64,000 nucleotides of DNA from Nitrospirota bacterium (GCA_963818475.1 CAWFSF010000002.1:672001-736000); one strand, 5' to 3'; shown: positions 24,655-36,329, counted from the first letter of the stretch. Notes: a model not told the origin generated them from the letters alone. Translations and numbers: made by a program.

Positions 24655-24682
24655 TTGACATATTCCTTTTTTCGCTTATAAT
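24655..24682 (+). promoter_or_regulatory. Consensus sigma70 promoter of the rpmH operon
   Basis: TTGACA-N16-TATAAT. Confidence 0.8.
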
Positions 24683-24719
24683 ACCCCCCTACTCATAACA
24701 AAACAGAAGGAGCAGGACG

Positions 24720-24857
24720 ATGTCGGAAACAACCGCACAAAAGAGCAATCTCAAACAGAAACGGGCACAGGGCTTCAGAAAACGGATGAGCACGGCCACA
24801 GGCAGGAACGTCATCAATCGCCGCAGGGCAAAAGGACGCAAGCGTCTCGCGGTCTAA
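24720..24857 (+). CDS. rpmH: 50S ribosomal protein L34
   Basis: Read manually: [45 protein letters not shown]; upstream of rnpA. Confidence 0.93.
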   Translation: MSETTAQKSNLKQKRAQGFRKRMSTATGRNVINRRRAKGRKRLAV

Positions 24858-24881
24858 CGCTGCTCCGCTCGGGTGTGCCTG

Positions 24882-25250
24882 ATGCCGTACGCATATCGGA
24901 AGAGCGAACGGATACGCAAAAATTCTGAGTTTGTAGCTACCATGAAGGGTAAAAGACTGTCAGTTGACGGTCTTTCTCTTTTTTATACCCGGAACGAGAC
25001 CGGGAACTTCAGGGTCGGCGTATCGGTCAGCAAGAAACTGGCGAACGCCGTGGGGCGGAACAGGCTCCGGCGACAGCTCCGCGACTGCATCTCCCGGGTG
25101 CTCCGGGGACATACGCTCGGGTATGATCTCGTGTTCGTGGCCCGGCAGGGCATAATAACAGCAGATCATGAGCGCATCCTGAAGGCCGTTTTTTCGTTGC
25201 TGCAGAAGACGGCCCTTCGCGATCAGAAACAGGTGGGCGCAGATCGATGA
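24882..25250 (+). CDS. rnpA: Ribonuclease P protein component
   Basis: [30 protein letters not shown]. Confidence 0.93.
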   Translation: MPYAYRKSERIRKNSEFVATMKGKRLSVDGLSLFYTRNETGNFRVGVSVSKKLANAVGRNRLRRQLRDCISRVLRGHTLGYDLVFVARQGIITADHERILKAVFSLLQKTALRDQKQVGADR

Positions 25251-25456
25251 AGCATTTTTTTCTTTACGCTATACGCCTGTACCGGCGTTTTCTTTCTCCC
25301 GTTCTCCCGCCATCCTGCAGGTTCGTCCCGACCTGCTCCGAGTATGCACTTGAGGCCTTTAAGACAAAGAGCACCGTGAAAGCGCTCTGGATGACCCTGG
25401 TCCGCATTTCAAAATGCCATCCTTTTCATCCGGGCGGATACGACCCGGTACGGTAA
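25247..25456 (+). CDS. yidD: Membrane protein insertion efficiency factor
   Basis: [11 protein letters not shown]...[13 protein letters not shown]. Confidence 0.95.
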   Translation: MKHFFLYAIRLYRRFLSPVLPPSCRFVPTCSEYALEAFKTKSTVKALWMTLVRISKCHPFHPGGYDPVR

Positions 25457-25469
25457 TTTCGGAGGATTC

Positions 25470-27159
25470 ATGGAAACACGAAGATTCATTCTGGCCCTTT
25501 CCCTCTCACTCCTGGTGTTTCTGGTTTACGTCAGGTTTTTCGCACCGCCACCCCCGCCGCAGCAGCCGGAGACGATCGAAACAGCCCAGACCAAAACGTC
25601 TTTGCCCGGTGAAGCGGCTTCCTCGAAGCCTGCTGTAGTACGGCAGAGCCCCGGCGCCATTGCCGGCTCTATTGTCCCTGCTGCAGCGGGAAAGGACATT
25701 GTTATCGAGAGCGAGCTCGTCAAGGTCGTTCTGAGCACGGCAGGCGGCGTGGTCAAGCACTGGGAACTGAAAAAACATATCGAGGCGGACAAGACCGACG
25801 TTGGTCTGGGCGCCCTTTACCGCAAATTTACCGGCACGGCCAAAAAAGAGGTCGAACCGAAAAAAGAACGGGGGCATGTGCAGCTCTTCACGGCCTATGA
25901 GGGCGTACGGGCAGATGATATCGTGTTCCCGCTGACCGTCGTTCCGCTGGACAAAGAGCTGTCGAACGTAGCACGCGTCGAATACCGGTCCAATCTGGAA
26001 CGGGTGCAGCTCGATGAACAAAATCCGTCCCAGACCGTGGTCCTTACGTACACCGGTCCCGGCGGCATGCTGATCGAGAAAAGCCTGACCTTTCATAACA
26101 ACGAATACAAGGTTGACATGGCGGTGCGCACGCAGGGCCTTGAAGGATACACGCTGGACCTCGGCACGGACTTCGGCCTCTCGGACAAGATCAGCCGTGA
26201 CGCCAGCGGCCGCGTCGGCGTCGTGACCATGGTTGACGGCAAGCTGGTCACGGAAAAGATCGACAAAATCAAGGGTGAGCTGCAGCACGCCGGCGCCATC
26301 GAGTGGCTGGGCCAGGAGGACAAGTATTTTACCGCAGCGCTGGTGCATGGCAGCCCGGGCATCGTCACGGTCACGAAAACAACGGCTCCCAAGGAGATCG
26401 GCGACCTGGTCGGAACGCGCCTGACGGTCAAGGACACGTCCGACGAGCACAAGTATACGCTCTTCGCCGGCCCCAAGAGCTACTCGTTGCTCAAGGCGCA
26501 GGGACACGGCATGGAACAAATGGTCGACTACGGGTGGTTCGGCATTCTGGCGAAGCCCATGTTCTGGCTCATGCAGCAGTTCTACGCCATCATCCAGGAA
26601 CTACGGCATCGCGATCATCCTGCTCACGATCGTGGTGCGGTTGATCCTGTTCTACCCGTCGCTCAAGAGCGCCACGGCCATGGAGGAGATGAAGAAGCTT
26701 CAGCCGCAGATGACCGCGCTTCGTGAGAAGTACAAGAAGGACCCCTCCAAGATGAACCAGGAGATCATGAAGCTGTACAAGGACCACAAGGTGAATCCCC
26801 TGGGCGGCTGTCTGCCCATGGTGCTGCAGCTGCCGTTCTTCGTTGCCCTGTACAACGTGCTGTCCGTATCGATCGAACTGCGCCAGTCGCCGTTCATCTC
26901 GTTCTGGATCAAGGACCTGTCGGTCTTTGACCCCTTCTACATCCTGCCGGTGCTGATGGGCGTCAGCATGATCTTTACCATGAAGATGACCTCGACCTCG
27001 GTGGACCCCCAGCAGCAGAAGATCATGATGTACATGAACGTCGCCTTTATCTTCATGTTCGCCTGGCTGCCGGCCGGCTTACTGCTCTATATCACCCTGA
27101 GCAACGTGCTTTCGATCGTGCAGCAGCTCTATGTCAGAAAGATCATCGCCGCCGCGTAA
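25470..27159 (+). CDS. yidC: Membrane protein insertase YidC, frameshift near 26595
   Basis: FAGPK, VDYGWFG in the first frame; NYGIAII, LQPQM, VNPLGGCLP, WIKDLS..DP in the second. Confidence 0.92.
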
Positions 27160-27197
27160 TCGGCTGCTTGTGTTGTATCCAGAACTGAAAAAAAGCG

Positions 27198-27231
27198 AAA
27201 CCGCCCCGGATTTTTCCGGGGCGGTTTTTTG
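27198..27231 (+). terminator. Intrinsic terminator after yidC
   Basis: AAACCGCCCCGGA/TCCGGGGCGGTTT stem plus T tract. Confidence 0.85.
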
Positions 27232-27352
27232 TTAGTCTGGTTTGTTCAGGGATTCGCTGCTGCCCAGCCATGTCACCGGCCCGAGCGTATGCATGCGAAA
27301 TGTTAAAGAGAGCGCTATTAAGTGAGCGCGTGCCTAAATCGGATAGCATTTT

Positions 27353-27559
27353 TCAATATTCAATGACTTTGTTTGCCAGTGCAAGGTCATTTTTGTTAAT
27401 TTGCAGTTTGATGCCACCCAAGGCTAGTGAATAGAACCATTTAATATAAATTGTTCGGTAATCCAGCAGATAGGCAGGAATCTCCTCCGACTCAAGGTAC
27501 CGGCTGGTTGGGATTTTCCATATGAGGAGCCTTATGATAGTTACACAGAAAAACTGCAT
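27353..27559 (-). pseudogene. Degraded DUF2007-like small protein
   Basis: YLESEEIPAYLLD...SLALGGIKLQINKNDLALA pattern; N-terminus looks broken. Confidence 0.45.
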
Positions 27560-27610
27560 TACTCTTCAGGTTCTAAGAAGCTACATTTTTAAATGTAGGC
27601 ATGATTTCGG

Positions 27611-28129
27611 TCACGATTCGCGTGTTCTTAAAAAGTGCCGAGCCTCCCAATACAGCACTGTTATTAGCAAGCTTCCTGAAATAAAAAGTACAATCCAAGC
27701 ATGCGCCGATATGCTTTTGTCTAAAACTGCAAATGTCGGCTCGTCAGCAGAATGCCACACCGTAACAATATTCCCGGCACGATATCCTGCAAGAAGTTTT
27801 TCAACTTTTCGTATGCTTCCATAATTTCTTTTTGTGATGCCATATCTATCTCCGTTGTATTTCTTTCCATTTACCTCATAATCATAACGTATATTAGGGA
27901 AATAAACTATCGATGTTGTTGCACCTGTTGTCGGATTATCAAAGGTCGCTGTTTCTGAGCCTACCTCGGCAGACAAAATTTTCCCGTTCGCAGGTAAAAG
28001 GCTGCTCCGGTGCCGCAATTCACGAACGACAAGATTACCAGATAGGGTAACGATGAAAACAAAAATGAAGCAGATTACTATCGAACCAGTTGATCGAGTA
28101 CTCTTTTTTATTAAGTTGTTTGCTTTCAT
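27611..28129 (-). CDS. DUF3592-like membrane protein, probable integron gene cassette
   Basis: TM - G.ILS...YFPNIRYDYEVNGKKY...GNIVTVWH...P..AVL - TM; AT-rich; ATG lies 12 bp after the attC. Confidence 0.7.
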   Translation of the reverse strand: MKANNLIKKSTRSTGSIVICFIFVFIVTLSGNLVVRELRHRSSLLPANGKILSAEVGSETATFDNPTTGATTSIVYFPNIRYDYEVNGKKYNGDRYGITKRNYGSIRKVEKLLAGYRAGNIVTVWHSADEPTFAVLDKSISAHAWIVLFISGSLLITVLYWEARHFLRTRES

Positions 28130-28140
28130 CTTAAGTATAT

Positions 28141-28199
28141 ATACAACGACAAGCTGACACGCCGACGTAGGTAGGCCGGTGTCAAGCGGCTTGTTAGTC
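28141..28199 (-). mobile_element. Integron attC site (59-base element)
   Basis: Minus strand GACTAAC-AAGCC-GCTTGACA...TGTCAGC-TTGTC-GTTGTAT: R''/L''/L'/R' spacing with an extra base in L''; 59 bp. Confidence 0.72.
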
Positions 28200-28525
28200 C
28201 AATCAGTGTTTATATGAACTCTAACATTGAATATACGCAAAGTCAATGACTTACGGCAACTTCGATTTGACTCTTCCAGAAAACCGTTATTGTTTGATTA
28301 TAAGAATAATCCGGTTTTAGGATTATTCAAATCATAATACGTGCAGAGATTGGAGTCCTATGCTCCTATCCCGAACGAAATCTTGAGACTCTTCGACGCT
28401 GTCATGGAACAAATTGCGATTCCCTCGCTCTCCGCTCTAACTACCGAAAATGGTTTAGCGTCGATATCAGGATAAATCACGTGGCGGGGTCAATGTGGTA
28501 GGTGGGAAGGGTTGTTGGAGCGCCG

Positions 28526-29419
28526 TTACCCCTGCTGGAGGATCTTCCTGATGCGGTCGGCGTACTGCGCGCTTTTGTCATCGCTGGTCACGATCTCGAT
28601 CTCATCCGGCCCGGCAGCGCCGAGGCCAAGCTCTGCTGCGCGGGAGATCTGCTCCTGCTCAAAGATCTTTGTCTCCATGATGGCGTTGTTGCTGCCCAGC
28701 GATTTCAGCATCGCCACGCCGACGGCGTCGATGGCAACGCGGTCCGTTCCGGCAAGGATGACGGCGGCGCGCTTGCGCGTGCCGGTCATGGGGCCCCGGT
28801 CAGTAAAGGCCTCGATCCCATCGAGCACGACCAACGCGGGCGCATAGGCCTGGTTGATCTCTGCGATCATCTTGCGCATGTGCTGGGACGATGAATGGAG
28901 CTCTCCCATATTGTGTTTATGCACCATACCGACAGAGACCTTGAGCGACATCGTGAAAACCGCTCCATAGCCGTGGGTCTTGAGACAGCAGGTGGTCACC
29001 ACAGCTTCAGCATTAAGCACAGACCGTGCAATGTCGAAGCCCGCTCTCCAGTGGCAATCTTCGGGTTTGATGCGGACCCATTGGTCCTGCGGCAGGTCCT
29101 CGAAGTTTATGAGCTGGGCCCCATGCTCTTGACAGAGCCGATCCACTTCTTTTTTCCTGATCACTTCCGAGGTCTCAGTCGGCCCACTCCGGTCGCCGAC
29201 AGTGACAGCCTTGGCGCCCATCTTCCTGAGCTGAACGATCATGCTGCTCAGTGTATCGTTATGCGTTGACCCGGGAAAGGGGTCCGCGGTATTGAAGTTG
29301 GGCTTGAGCAGGACGTTCTTCCCCTGGAGCGTATCGATCTGGAGCAAATTGATCGCGGCTGGGATGCCAGAAGCCCGGTCCGATGTGTTGACGAACGATA
29401 TAATGGATTTTCGTCTCAC
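28526..29419 (-). CDS. DUF362 domain protein
   Basis: VLLKPNFN, LKTH....FTMSLK..VG, LVVLDG, D.VAIDAV. Confidence 0.85.
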   Translation of the reverse strand: MRRKSIISFVNTSDRASGIPAAINLLQIDTLQGKNVLLKPNFNTADPFPGSTHNDTLSSMIVQLRKMGAKAVTVGDRSGPTETSEVIRKKEVDRLCQEHGAQLINFEDLPQDQWVRIKPEDCHWRAGFDIARSVLNAEAVVTTCCLKTHGYGAVFTMSLKVSVGMVHKHNMGELHSSSQHMRKMIAEINQAYAPALVVLDGIEAFTDRGPMTGTRKRAAVILAGTDRVAIDAVGVAMLKSLGSNNAIMETKIFEQEQISRAAELGLGAAGPDEIEIVTSDDKSAQYADRIRKILQQG

Positions 29420-29433
29420 GATGTCCGCTCCAT

Positions 29434-30060
29434 TTATCTTCCCGCCTTGATCACCACAAAGGAACCCTCGCCGTATCCCTTTTTTGTCTGGTCCGGTTCG
29501 CGCATATCATCAAGGTGGCCGAAGAGCGTCTGGCTGAAACTGAACGTTGAGAAGCCCGCCTGTTTGAGATGCGCGAGGAGGTCGTCCACGGTATAGAAGG
29601 TCGCATCCTTGTAGAACAGGCTCTCGCTCTTTCTTTGTTCATAGGCTTTGCCGATGGGACTGTTCCTGTCAACGAAGCCGATGATGAAGGCGCCACCGGG
29701 TTTGAGCACGCGATAAGCCTCCTGAAATGCCCTGTCAATGTCATCCAGAAAGCAGACCGTGGTGACCATAAGTGCTTTGTCGAACTCATTATCCTGGAAC
29801 GGGAGCGCTTCAGCCACCCCCTTGATCACGGTGATGCCGCGCTTTCGCGCGCGCTCTGCCATGGCAATTGACGGTTCAACACCGATCCAGATGCCGAGAG
29901 GCGCTGCGAAGAGGCCGCTGCCCACGCCGATCTCGAGCCCCTTGCCTGGATCAGGCAGGAGCATGCGAATCGCTTCAATTTCTGACTGGTAGGCAAAGGG
30001 ATGTTTTTCGAACCAGGCATCGTATTGTTCGGAGTTTTGTTCGAAGGGTGAGTTGCTCAT
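29434..30060 (-). CDS. Class I SAM-dependent methyltransferase
   Basis: GLEIGVGSG, AEALPF, RVLKPGG. Confidence 0.9.
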   Translation of the reverse strand: MSNSPFEQNSEQYDAWFEKHPFAYQSEIEAIRMLLPDPGKGLEIGVGSGLFAAPLGIWIGVEPSIAMAERARKRGITVIKGVAEALPFQDNEFDKALMVTTVCFLDDIDRAFQEAYRVLKPGGAFIIGFVDRNSPIGKAYEQRKSESLFYKDATFYTVDDLLAHLKQAGFSTFSFSQTLFGHLDDMREPDQTKKGYGEGSFVVIKAGR

Positions 30061-30085
30061 GGGGTTCTCGAAGAAAAGTCAAATC

Positions 30086-30225
30086 TACCACGGAGGCACG
30101 GAGACACTGAGAAAGGCAACCTCGGTTTTAGAGAAAAAAATAACTTCAAGATGACAACTGGAGATTTTTTCGTAACCCGCCAAATCAGCAAAATTTTTTC
30201 TCCGTGTCTCCGTGCCTCCGTGGTA
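30086..30225. repeat. Palindromic MITE/REP-like element with 8-nt periodic arms
   Basis: TACCACGGAGGCACGGAGACACTGAGAAA / TTTCTCCGTGTCTCCGTGCCTCCGTGGTA. Confidence 0.8.
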
Positions 30226-30260
30226 AAAAAGCATTTGTTCCGATTTTATAAAAATCAGGG

Positions 30261-31952
30261 CTACCACTCCATGCTCAGAAACGTGTCCACGACCCGGGGG
30301 TCAAGCTGGGTGCCGGAGAGGGAGCGGATATGTTCGCGGATCTCTTCTTTGGAAATGCCCTGCCGGTAGGGGCGATCCTTTGCGATAAGAGCGTCCCAGA
30401 CATCGGCAACAGCAAAGATGCGCGCCGCAAGAGGTATCTGCTCGCCTTTGAGATTTCGCGGATAACCCGTGCCGTCCCACCACTCATGGTGACAGTACGG
30501 AATGTCCAGGGCCGGACGCAGGTAGGCGATCGGCTGGAGCATCTCGAAGGCAAAGAGGGGGTGTTGACGCATGATCGTCCACTCTTCGTCGGTCAGGGGG
30601 CCCGGCTTCAGCAGGATGTTGTCGGGGATGCCGATCTTTCCGATATCATGCAGGAGCGCTCCGCGCCGCATATGCACCAGCTCCTTTGTTCCAATGCCCA
30701 TGGTACGTGCAAGACGGAGGGTCATTTCAGCCACCCGTTCGGTATGGCGTTCGGTTTCCCTGCTACGAAGATCGAGCGCGCGGGCCCAGCCCGCGAGCGT
30801 GGCATCGTAGGCCAGAGTGACCTCGATGGCCGATTGCTGAAGGTCATCAAAGAGGGCCGCGTTGTCTATGGCAATGGCGGCCTGGGCAGCAAGGGCCTCG
30901 AGGTAGCTCTGCCATTCCGCATCAACGTTCCAGGCTGCGCGGTGCAGCACTTCGAGCACGCCCTGCACCTTCCCCTTTGCCATGAGCGGCACGACCGCGT
31001 AGGCGATGAAGCCCTCGCTTTCGAGCAGCGCCGCGCGCTGGAAACGGCTGGCGGGGTCGCGAAGATCAGGGGCGATGATGCTCCGGTGCTCAAGCGCGGC
31101 AGTGCCGGCAAGGCCTTCGCCCATGCGCAGGCTTGACTGCTCGATAGTAGGGGTCCGGAAACCGCGCCCGGCTGCATAGGTGAGCGTCTGGGTGTCTGTG
31201 TTCAGGAGCAGGACGTCGGCGGCGTCAACGTGGAGTTGGGAGATGACCAGATCCAGGACCTCCGAGAGCGTGATGCGCAGGTCAAGGCTGGAGCTGATGA
31301 TCATGTCGATGGCATGGAGCGCCGTGAGTCGCTGAAGGCGCTTCTGCGCAAGGTCCTCGGCTGCTTTGCGCTGGGAGATGTCGCGGAGGAAGAGCTGAAG
31401 GAACCGCCTGTTGCCGCGCTCCACGGTCGTGCCGCTCACTTCCACGGGTATCCTGCGGCCCTCGCGGTGGAACACGCAGAGATCGCCTGCGATGACCCCG
31501 CCCTTTTTTGCTGAAGTCTCGAGGATCTCCTTGCATTTGTCGGCATATTCTGCAGGATGGATATCACGCTGGTGCATGCCGATGATGGTGGTGCGGGGCA
31601 GGCCGAGAAGATCGCAGGCCCGTTTGTTGGTATCCAGGATGATGCCGGTGTCGGCATCGATGATGAATACCGCGTCGTTTGCCGTTTCGATGAGGGAGTG
31701 GTACTTTTCCTCGGATTCGCGCAGGGCCTGGTCCGCCCGCAGGCCTGCACGGAGCTCGCGCTGGATCGTGAAATAGACCAGCAGGGCGCTGGCAAGAACG
31801 AAGGCCCAGCCCGTGTAGGTCTGGAGCCTGCTCAGGCGGTGGCCCTGGACGAGCTGCTGCAGCGCCCAGCTGGAGACGACGATCCAGCAGATGCCGAACA
31901 CCAGATAGTACAGGACGATGCGGAATGCCGATCGCGATTGGGGCCTGTTCAT
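30261..31952 (-). CDS. Membrane PAS-GAF-HD-GYP cyclic dinucleotide phosphodiesterase
   Basis: Two N-terminal TM helices, PAS, GAF; LLHDIGKIG, HHEWWDGTGYP. Confidence 0.92.
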   Translation of the reverse strand: MNRPQSRSAFRIVLYYLVFGICWIVVSSWALQQLVQGHRLSRLQTYTGWAFVLASALLVYFTIQRELRAGLRADQALRESEEKYHSLIETANDAVFIIDADTGIILDTNKRACDLLGLPRTTIIGMHQRDIHPAEYADKCKEILETSAKKGGVIAGDLCVFHREGRRIPVEVSGTTVERGNRRFLQLFLRDISQRKAAEDLAQKRLQRLTALHAIDMIISSSLDLRITLSEVLDLVISQLHVDAADVLLLNTDTQTLTYAAGRGFRTPTIEQSSLRMGEGLAGTAALEHRSIIAPDLRDPASRFQRAALLESEGFIAYAVVPLMAKGKVQGVLEVLHRAAWNVDAEWQSYLEALAAQAAIAIDNAALFDDLQQSAIEVTLAYDATLAGWARALDLRSRETERHTERVAEMTLRLARTMGIGTKELVHMRRGALLHDIGKIGIPDNILLKPGPLTDEEWTIMRQHPLFAFEMLQPIAYLRPALDIPYCHHEWWDGTGYPRNLKGEQIPLAARIFAVADVWDALIAKDRPYRQGISKEEIREHIRSLSGTQLDPRVVDTFLSMEW

Positions 31953-32021
31953 AGTTCCATCACAGAGCGGAGAGCGGGCCGCCCCGAAGGGTCAAAAACC
32001 GACGAGCCCTGCTCCCCGGTT

Positions 32022-32451
32022 TTATTCAATGGTCCCGAGCTGCAGGTCAAAGGTCAGTTCTTTTCCGGCAAGGGGATGGTTGGCATCGAGCATCAGATCG
32101 GTATCGGTGATACCGACGATCGTAACGAGCGCGGTTTGATCGTTCTCCTGCGTGAGCTCAAGACGCTGTCCCACCTTGGGATTCATGCCCTGCGGCAGCT
32201 GGCTCCGGCTGAAGGTGATAACGAGGTCCTTGCGGTGCTCCCCGTAGGCCTCGAGCAGGGGGAATGCGGACGGTCTTCGAGTCTCCCGGGCTCATGCCGA
32301 TGATCGCCTGTTCGAACCCCGCGATCACCTGTCCGTTGCCGATGGTGAACTTCAGGGGATGACGTTCCTTTGACGTGTCGAACACCGTGCCGTCCGCCAG
32401 TTTGCCGGTGTAGTGTACCAATACGATGTCGCCTTTTTTTGCCTCTGCCAT
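32022..32451 (-). CDS. FKBP-type peptidyl-prolyl isomerase (SlyD-like), frameshift near 32255
   Basis: [16 protein letters not shown]...VIAGFE, then in another frame [16 protein letters not shown]. Confidence 0.88.
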
Positions 32452-32623
32452 GCGTGCTCTCCTTCGTAATAATTGACGCCGGCTCAGGTGTCGGGCCGGC
32501 GGCGTTCTATCAGTTGTGCAGTATAATTCTTCTCATCCTGAACTGCAACAGCTAATTTGCTTCATCACGGCTTGACAAGGCGCGGGTCCTGTTATAAAGT
32601 TGTGCCTTCAGGAGGGACATGCA

Positions 32624-33320
32624 ATGGGAACACCGATAACGATCGCCTATACCTACACGTTCAAGAACGGCATGACCAAGAATTTCACCATGGTCCTGGA
32701 CCGGGCAACGCTGGCGCTGCAGCTGGAGAAGCGGCCGAACCCGCCCCTCTGGGCGCTGTTGACCCATAAAAAGTGCGAGAACTGTCCGCTCAGCGAGCGG
32801 GAGCACCTCTACTGTCCCGTGGCGCTGAACTTCGCGGATATTGCCGAGCAGTTCAAGGACATCGTGTCCCACGAGAACGTCGATGTCACCGTGGCGGTCG
32901 AGGAGCGCACCTATTCCAAGTCAACGACCATCCAGGCGGGCCTGAGCCCGCTCATCGGCATCATCATGACCACGAGCGGCTGCCCGGTCATGGCGCATTT
33001 GAAGCCGATGGTCCGCTTCCATTTGCCCTTTGCCTCGCTGGACGAGACCATCTTCAGGATGGCGACCATGTATCTCATGGCGCAATACTTCCAGAAGCAG
33101 GATGGCAGCGACGCCGCCCTGGACCCTGGACGGCCTGGCGAACGTGTACGCCAAGGTCGGCATCGTGAACCGGGATTTTGCGATACGGCTGCGCGATGCC
33201 GCGAAGAAGGATGCCAACGTGAATGCGCTGGTGAACCTTGATTGTTTTGCCCAGATGGTGCCGCTCGCGGCGGATGATGTGCTGCGGGAGATCAAGCCGT
33301 ACTTCTCGGCGTATTTATAG
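32624..33320 (+). CDS. Conserved hypothetical Cys-containing protein, frameshift near 33118
   Basis: CENCPL...CPVA, SGCP...LKPMVRFHLPFAS, continues as DANVNALVNLDCFA; GGAGG RBS. Confidence 0.7.
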
Positions 33321-33470
33321 CATTACGCAGGGTCAGCTCCTGTGACCGTAATGTCAAAAAAATGAACCACAGAGCACACGGAGAAATTCTCAGACTCAAC
33401 GTGGGGCTTCCCCCTCTGTGCTCTCTTATTCCAGAGTACTTCTCCGAGCTATTTGTGGTTTCAGACAGTC

Positions 33471-35223
33471 TTATCTGCGTAATTTAAACTTTCCTGCCCC
33501 GCTTGACGCCGTCGCTTCCTTTATCAGCCCGTTCAGCTGGTTCTGTACGTCGTCAAATCTGCCGTTCATGGACAAGAGCCCGCTGTAGTTCTTCTGCAGG
33601 TCGGCAAGCTGCTTGTCTGTTTTGGCAAGCACCGCGGCTTTCAGCTCTTTTTCAAGCCGGTCGCCCTGCTCCTGCACAACCTTGCCCACACTGTCCTTCA
33701 GCACCCGGTCGAGGTCGGAGGTGATTTTCACATCGTAGTTTTCAGGCGTTCCCGCGAGGTCGGCCGTCAGGGTGAACTGCGAGACCCTGGACAGGGTATC
33801 TCTGATCGCCGTCGCGAGCAGTCCTGATGCATTGCCGGATCCGGCGCTCAGGCGGGCATCCCGCACCTTCACCACGAGCTTTCCCGTAAGCGCCTGTACG
33901 GTCTTCCGCGCCTGCAGGTCGAGGTCGAGTTCGCCCCTCCTGCAGCGTGACCGGAAGGTCCTTGCTGCCTGACAGGGCAAGGTCCTTCACCCGGTATCCG
34001 CGCAGAGCGTACCGCGCTGTGTCGTCTGCATTTGACGGCGCCACATGGTTCAGGGCGCCGGTGAGTTCCATCGCCTGGGCGGTCTTCAGTTTCTCGCCGG
34101 AGAACGAGAAGGTAAGGGGGCTGCCGAGCACTTGCTGTTCCGGCGTGATATTCCGGATCGTTCCGGCAAACATGCCTGCATCGAGTTCCGCCGAGACCGC
34201 TGTCCGGATGATCAGAAAGTCGGGCAAAGGACGCGATTCCTTGAAGCGTACGTTGACGCCGCGGCCCCGGAGGGGCTTCACGACCTGCTTGTCGCCCTTT
34301 TTATCAACCGCGCTTCGGAACACCGGCTGCAGCCGGTTGTACCAGAGCAGGGACGTGCGCACCCAGGAGCCGATGCTGTCGCCGAACAGCGCCTGGCTCA
34401 TGTTCTGAAGGCCCGCGGTCGAGATGCCGTACTTGTCGCGCAGCCGCCGCACGTCATTCATGGGCGCCTTCTGCATATCCGCGACGAGTTTTTGTGCCGA
34501 GGAAAGATCAGCAGAGAAGGCGGTCCTGCTTTTTTTGAGGCGCTCCAGTTCCTGTTCAAGGTCTTTGGTCAGCGCTCGCACCTCGCCGAGCTCGCCTGCC
34601 AGGCCGGCGATGCCGGACTTCTTCGACTGGTTGATCTTCTGAATGCGGGCCTTATACGCGTCGATGGCTGCCCGGTCAGGCAGCTCGTTCATGCGCTTTT
34701 GCCAGTCATCCTGCCCTCTGGACAGGTCGGCGCTTGCAGTTTCGATCAGCTTCGGCGATTCGAGCTGCTCGGTCTCAAGGATCTTCTTCGCGTCGGGCAT
34801 GCTGAACGATAATGACAGTGACGAGCTCTTTTCCTCGGTTTTTTTCTCCGGCGGCTTCGGCACCCGTCCCGGCCGTGCTCTTTTGGTGTCGAACCGCACT
34901 CCTTCGGCCGCCATCTCGTTCACGATCACTTTTCTGCGCAGCAGGTTCAGGCTGTCGAGCGACAAGGCGATCCGCGCGCATTCGAGGCTGTTCGTTGCCG
35001 GCTCCTCCGGGTTCGTCACCTGCAGTCCATTCAGCGTGATGCCCAGGGGGAACAGCTTCACGTCCGCAGCGGCCAGATCGACCTCTGCGCCGGCCAGGCT
35101 CGTGCCCGCTTTCTCGATCATGCGCTTGACAAAGCCGTCCAGAAAAAAGAGCCAGAGCGTTGTAACGGAGCAGACCACCACCACGAAGGCGATCAGTCCC
35201 TGCCAGCGGATCCACCTCTTCAT
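33471..35223 (-). CDS. TIGR03545-like (AsmA-type) protein, frameshift near 33935
   Basis: MKRWIRWQGL..., GLQVTNPEEP, RGRGVNVRF...LPDFLI, ITSDLD; paired with the upstream TIGR03546-like gene. Confidence 0.72.
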
Positions 35224-35750
35224 GCCGCACCTCCTGTCCAGCCCGAGACCTTTTCGTAGACGCCGTAGAACTTGCTTGCCATGATAATCTGCATGAGTCG
35301 TGTTTTGCGCACCCAGCTCAGGACGTGTTCGCGATACTTCCGGATCAAAGCATTGCTCAGGAGGAAGAGCGGAACGAAGAACAGGATTGCAAAGGCGAAG
35401 CCGCCCATCACCACGGTGTTGTTGAACTTCTGGATCCGCCAGATCGTGCTGTTGTACATGGCGGTCCAAAGCCCTTCCAGCGGCGCCGCGGTCAGGAGCG
35501 CCAGTCCTATCCGGTTGAACAGGGGATCGAGAAGATAGGCGACGCCGGCGAAGAAGCCCGTGCCGAGGAGATAGGCGGACAGGTTCATCCGGATCAGGAG
35601 CACCAGCAGAAGAACGATCACATTAAGGGGGCTGAAGAAGGGCAGGAAGCCGCTCAGCATGGCGAAGCTGAACGCGAGCCCGATCTGCGCGGGATCGGTC
35701 TCCGAGTTCAGGACTTTCAGCAGTTTTGCAAGCATGTTTATCATAAGCAC
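35220..35750 (-). CDS. TIGR03546-like membrane protein
   Basis: LNSETDPAQI, LDPLF..IG..LL, FNNTVVMG, YR. Confidence 0.75.
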   Translation of the reverse strand: MLMINMLAKLLKVLNSETDPAQIGLAFSFAMLSGFLPFFSPLNVIVLLLVLLIRMNLSAYLLGTGFFAGVAYLLDPLFNRIGLALLTAAPLEGLWTAMYNSTIWRIQKFNNTVVMGGFAFAILFFVPLFLLSNALIRKYREHVLSWVRKTRLMQIIMASKFYGVYEKVSGWTGGAA

Positions 35751-35948
35751 CTCTCAGGCTCGTAGTGTGTTTTGCCTAAATCGACGTAACTGGTCAGGTC
35801 AAAATATCATCCGCAGATGCGCACAATCCGTAAAAAGTCTTTTTTGCCACATAAGTCACAAAAGCCACAGAAAAAACTTTTTAATTTTTGAAGGCTCTAC
35901 TATGTGTATTGTGAATTATGTGGCAAGTCGTGCTACTTGCCGCATTAT

Positions 35949-36329
35949 TTACTTCGCCAGGAACGCATCGATCTCCTGAATGAGCACCTGCTGGTCGCTC
36001 GTGATGCGCTTCAGGATCTCCAGCGCCTGCTTCATCTCTTCCATGTCCAGGTTCCTGACATCGCCAGACCGGAGCGAAGCCTGCGCTTTGGCTGAAATTG
36101 CTGCATCCTCGTCAGGTATGAACAGCGCCAGGTTGATGAAGCTCGAGCGCAGCAGGAGGCGCGTCTTCTCATCATCCTGGGTGAGGAAGGTCAGGCTGTT
36201 CTTGACCGCCCACTTGATCTCTTCCCGGGTATGCGAGAGCAGCGACACCGGCGCGCCAAAGGCCCGTGACGAGGCACGCTCCATGGCGATGCCGTAGTCG
36301 TTTAAAATTACTGCAAGCCGTTCGTGCAT
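35949..36329 (-). CDS. Hypothetical protein
   Basis: Closed ORF with host-like codon usage immediately after pgi. Confidence 0.65.
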   Translation of the reverse strand: MHERLAVILNDYGIAMERASSRAFGAPVSLLSHTREEIKWAVKNSLTFLTQDDEKTRLLLRSSFINLALFIPDEDAAISAKAQASLRSGDVRNLDMEEMKQALEILKRITSDQQVLIQEIDAFLAK

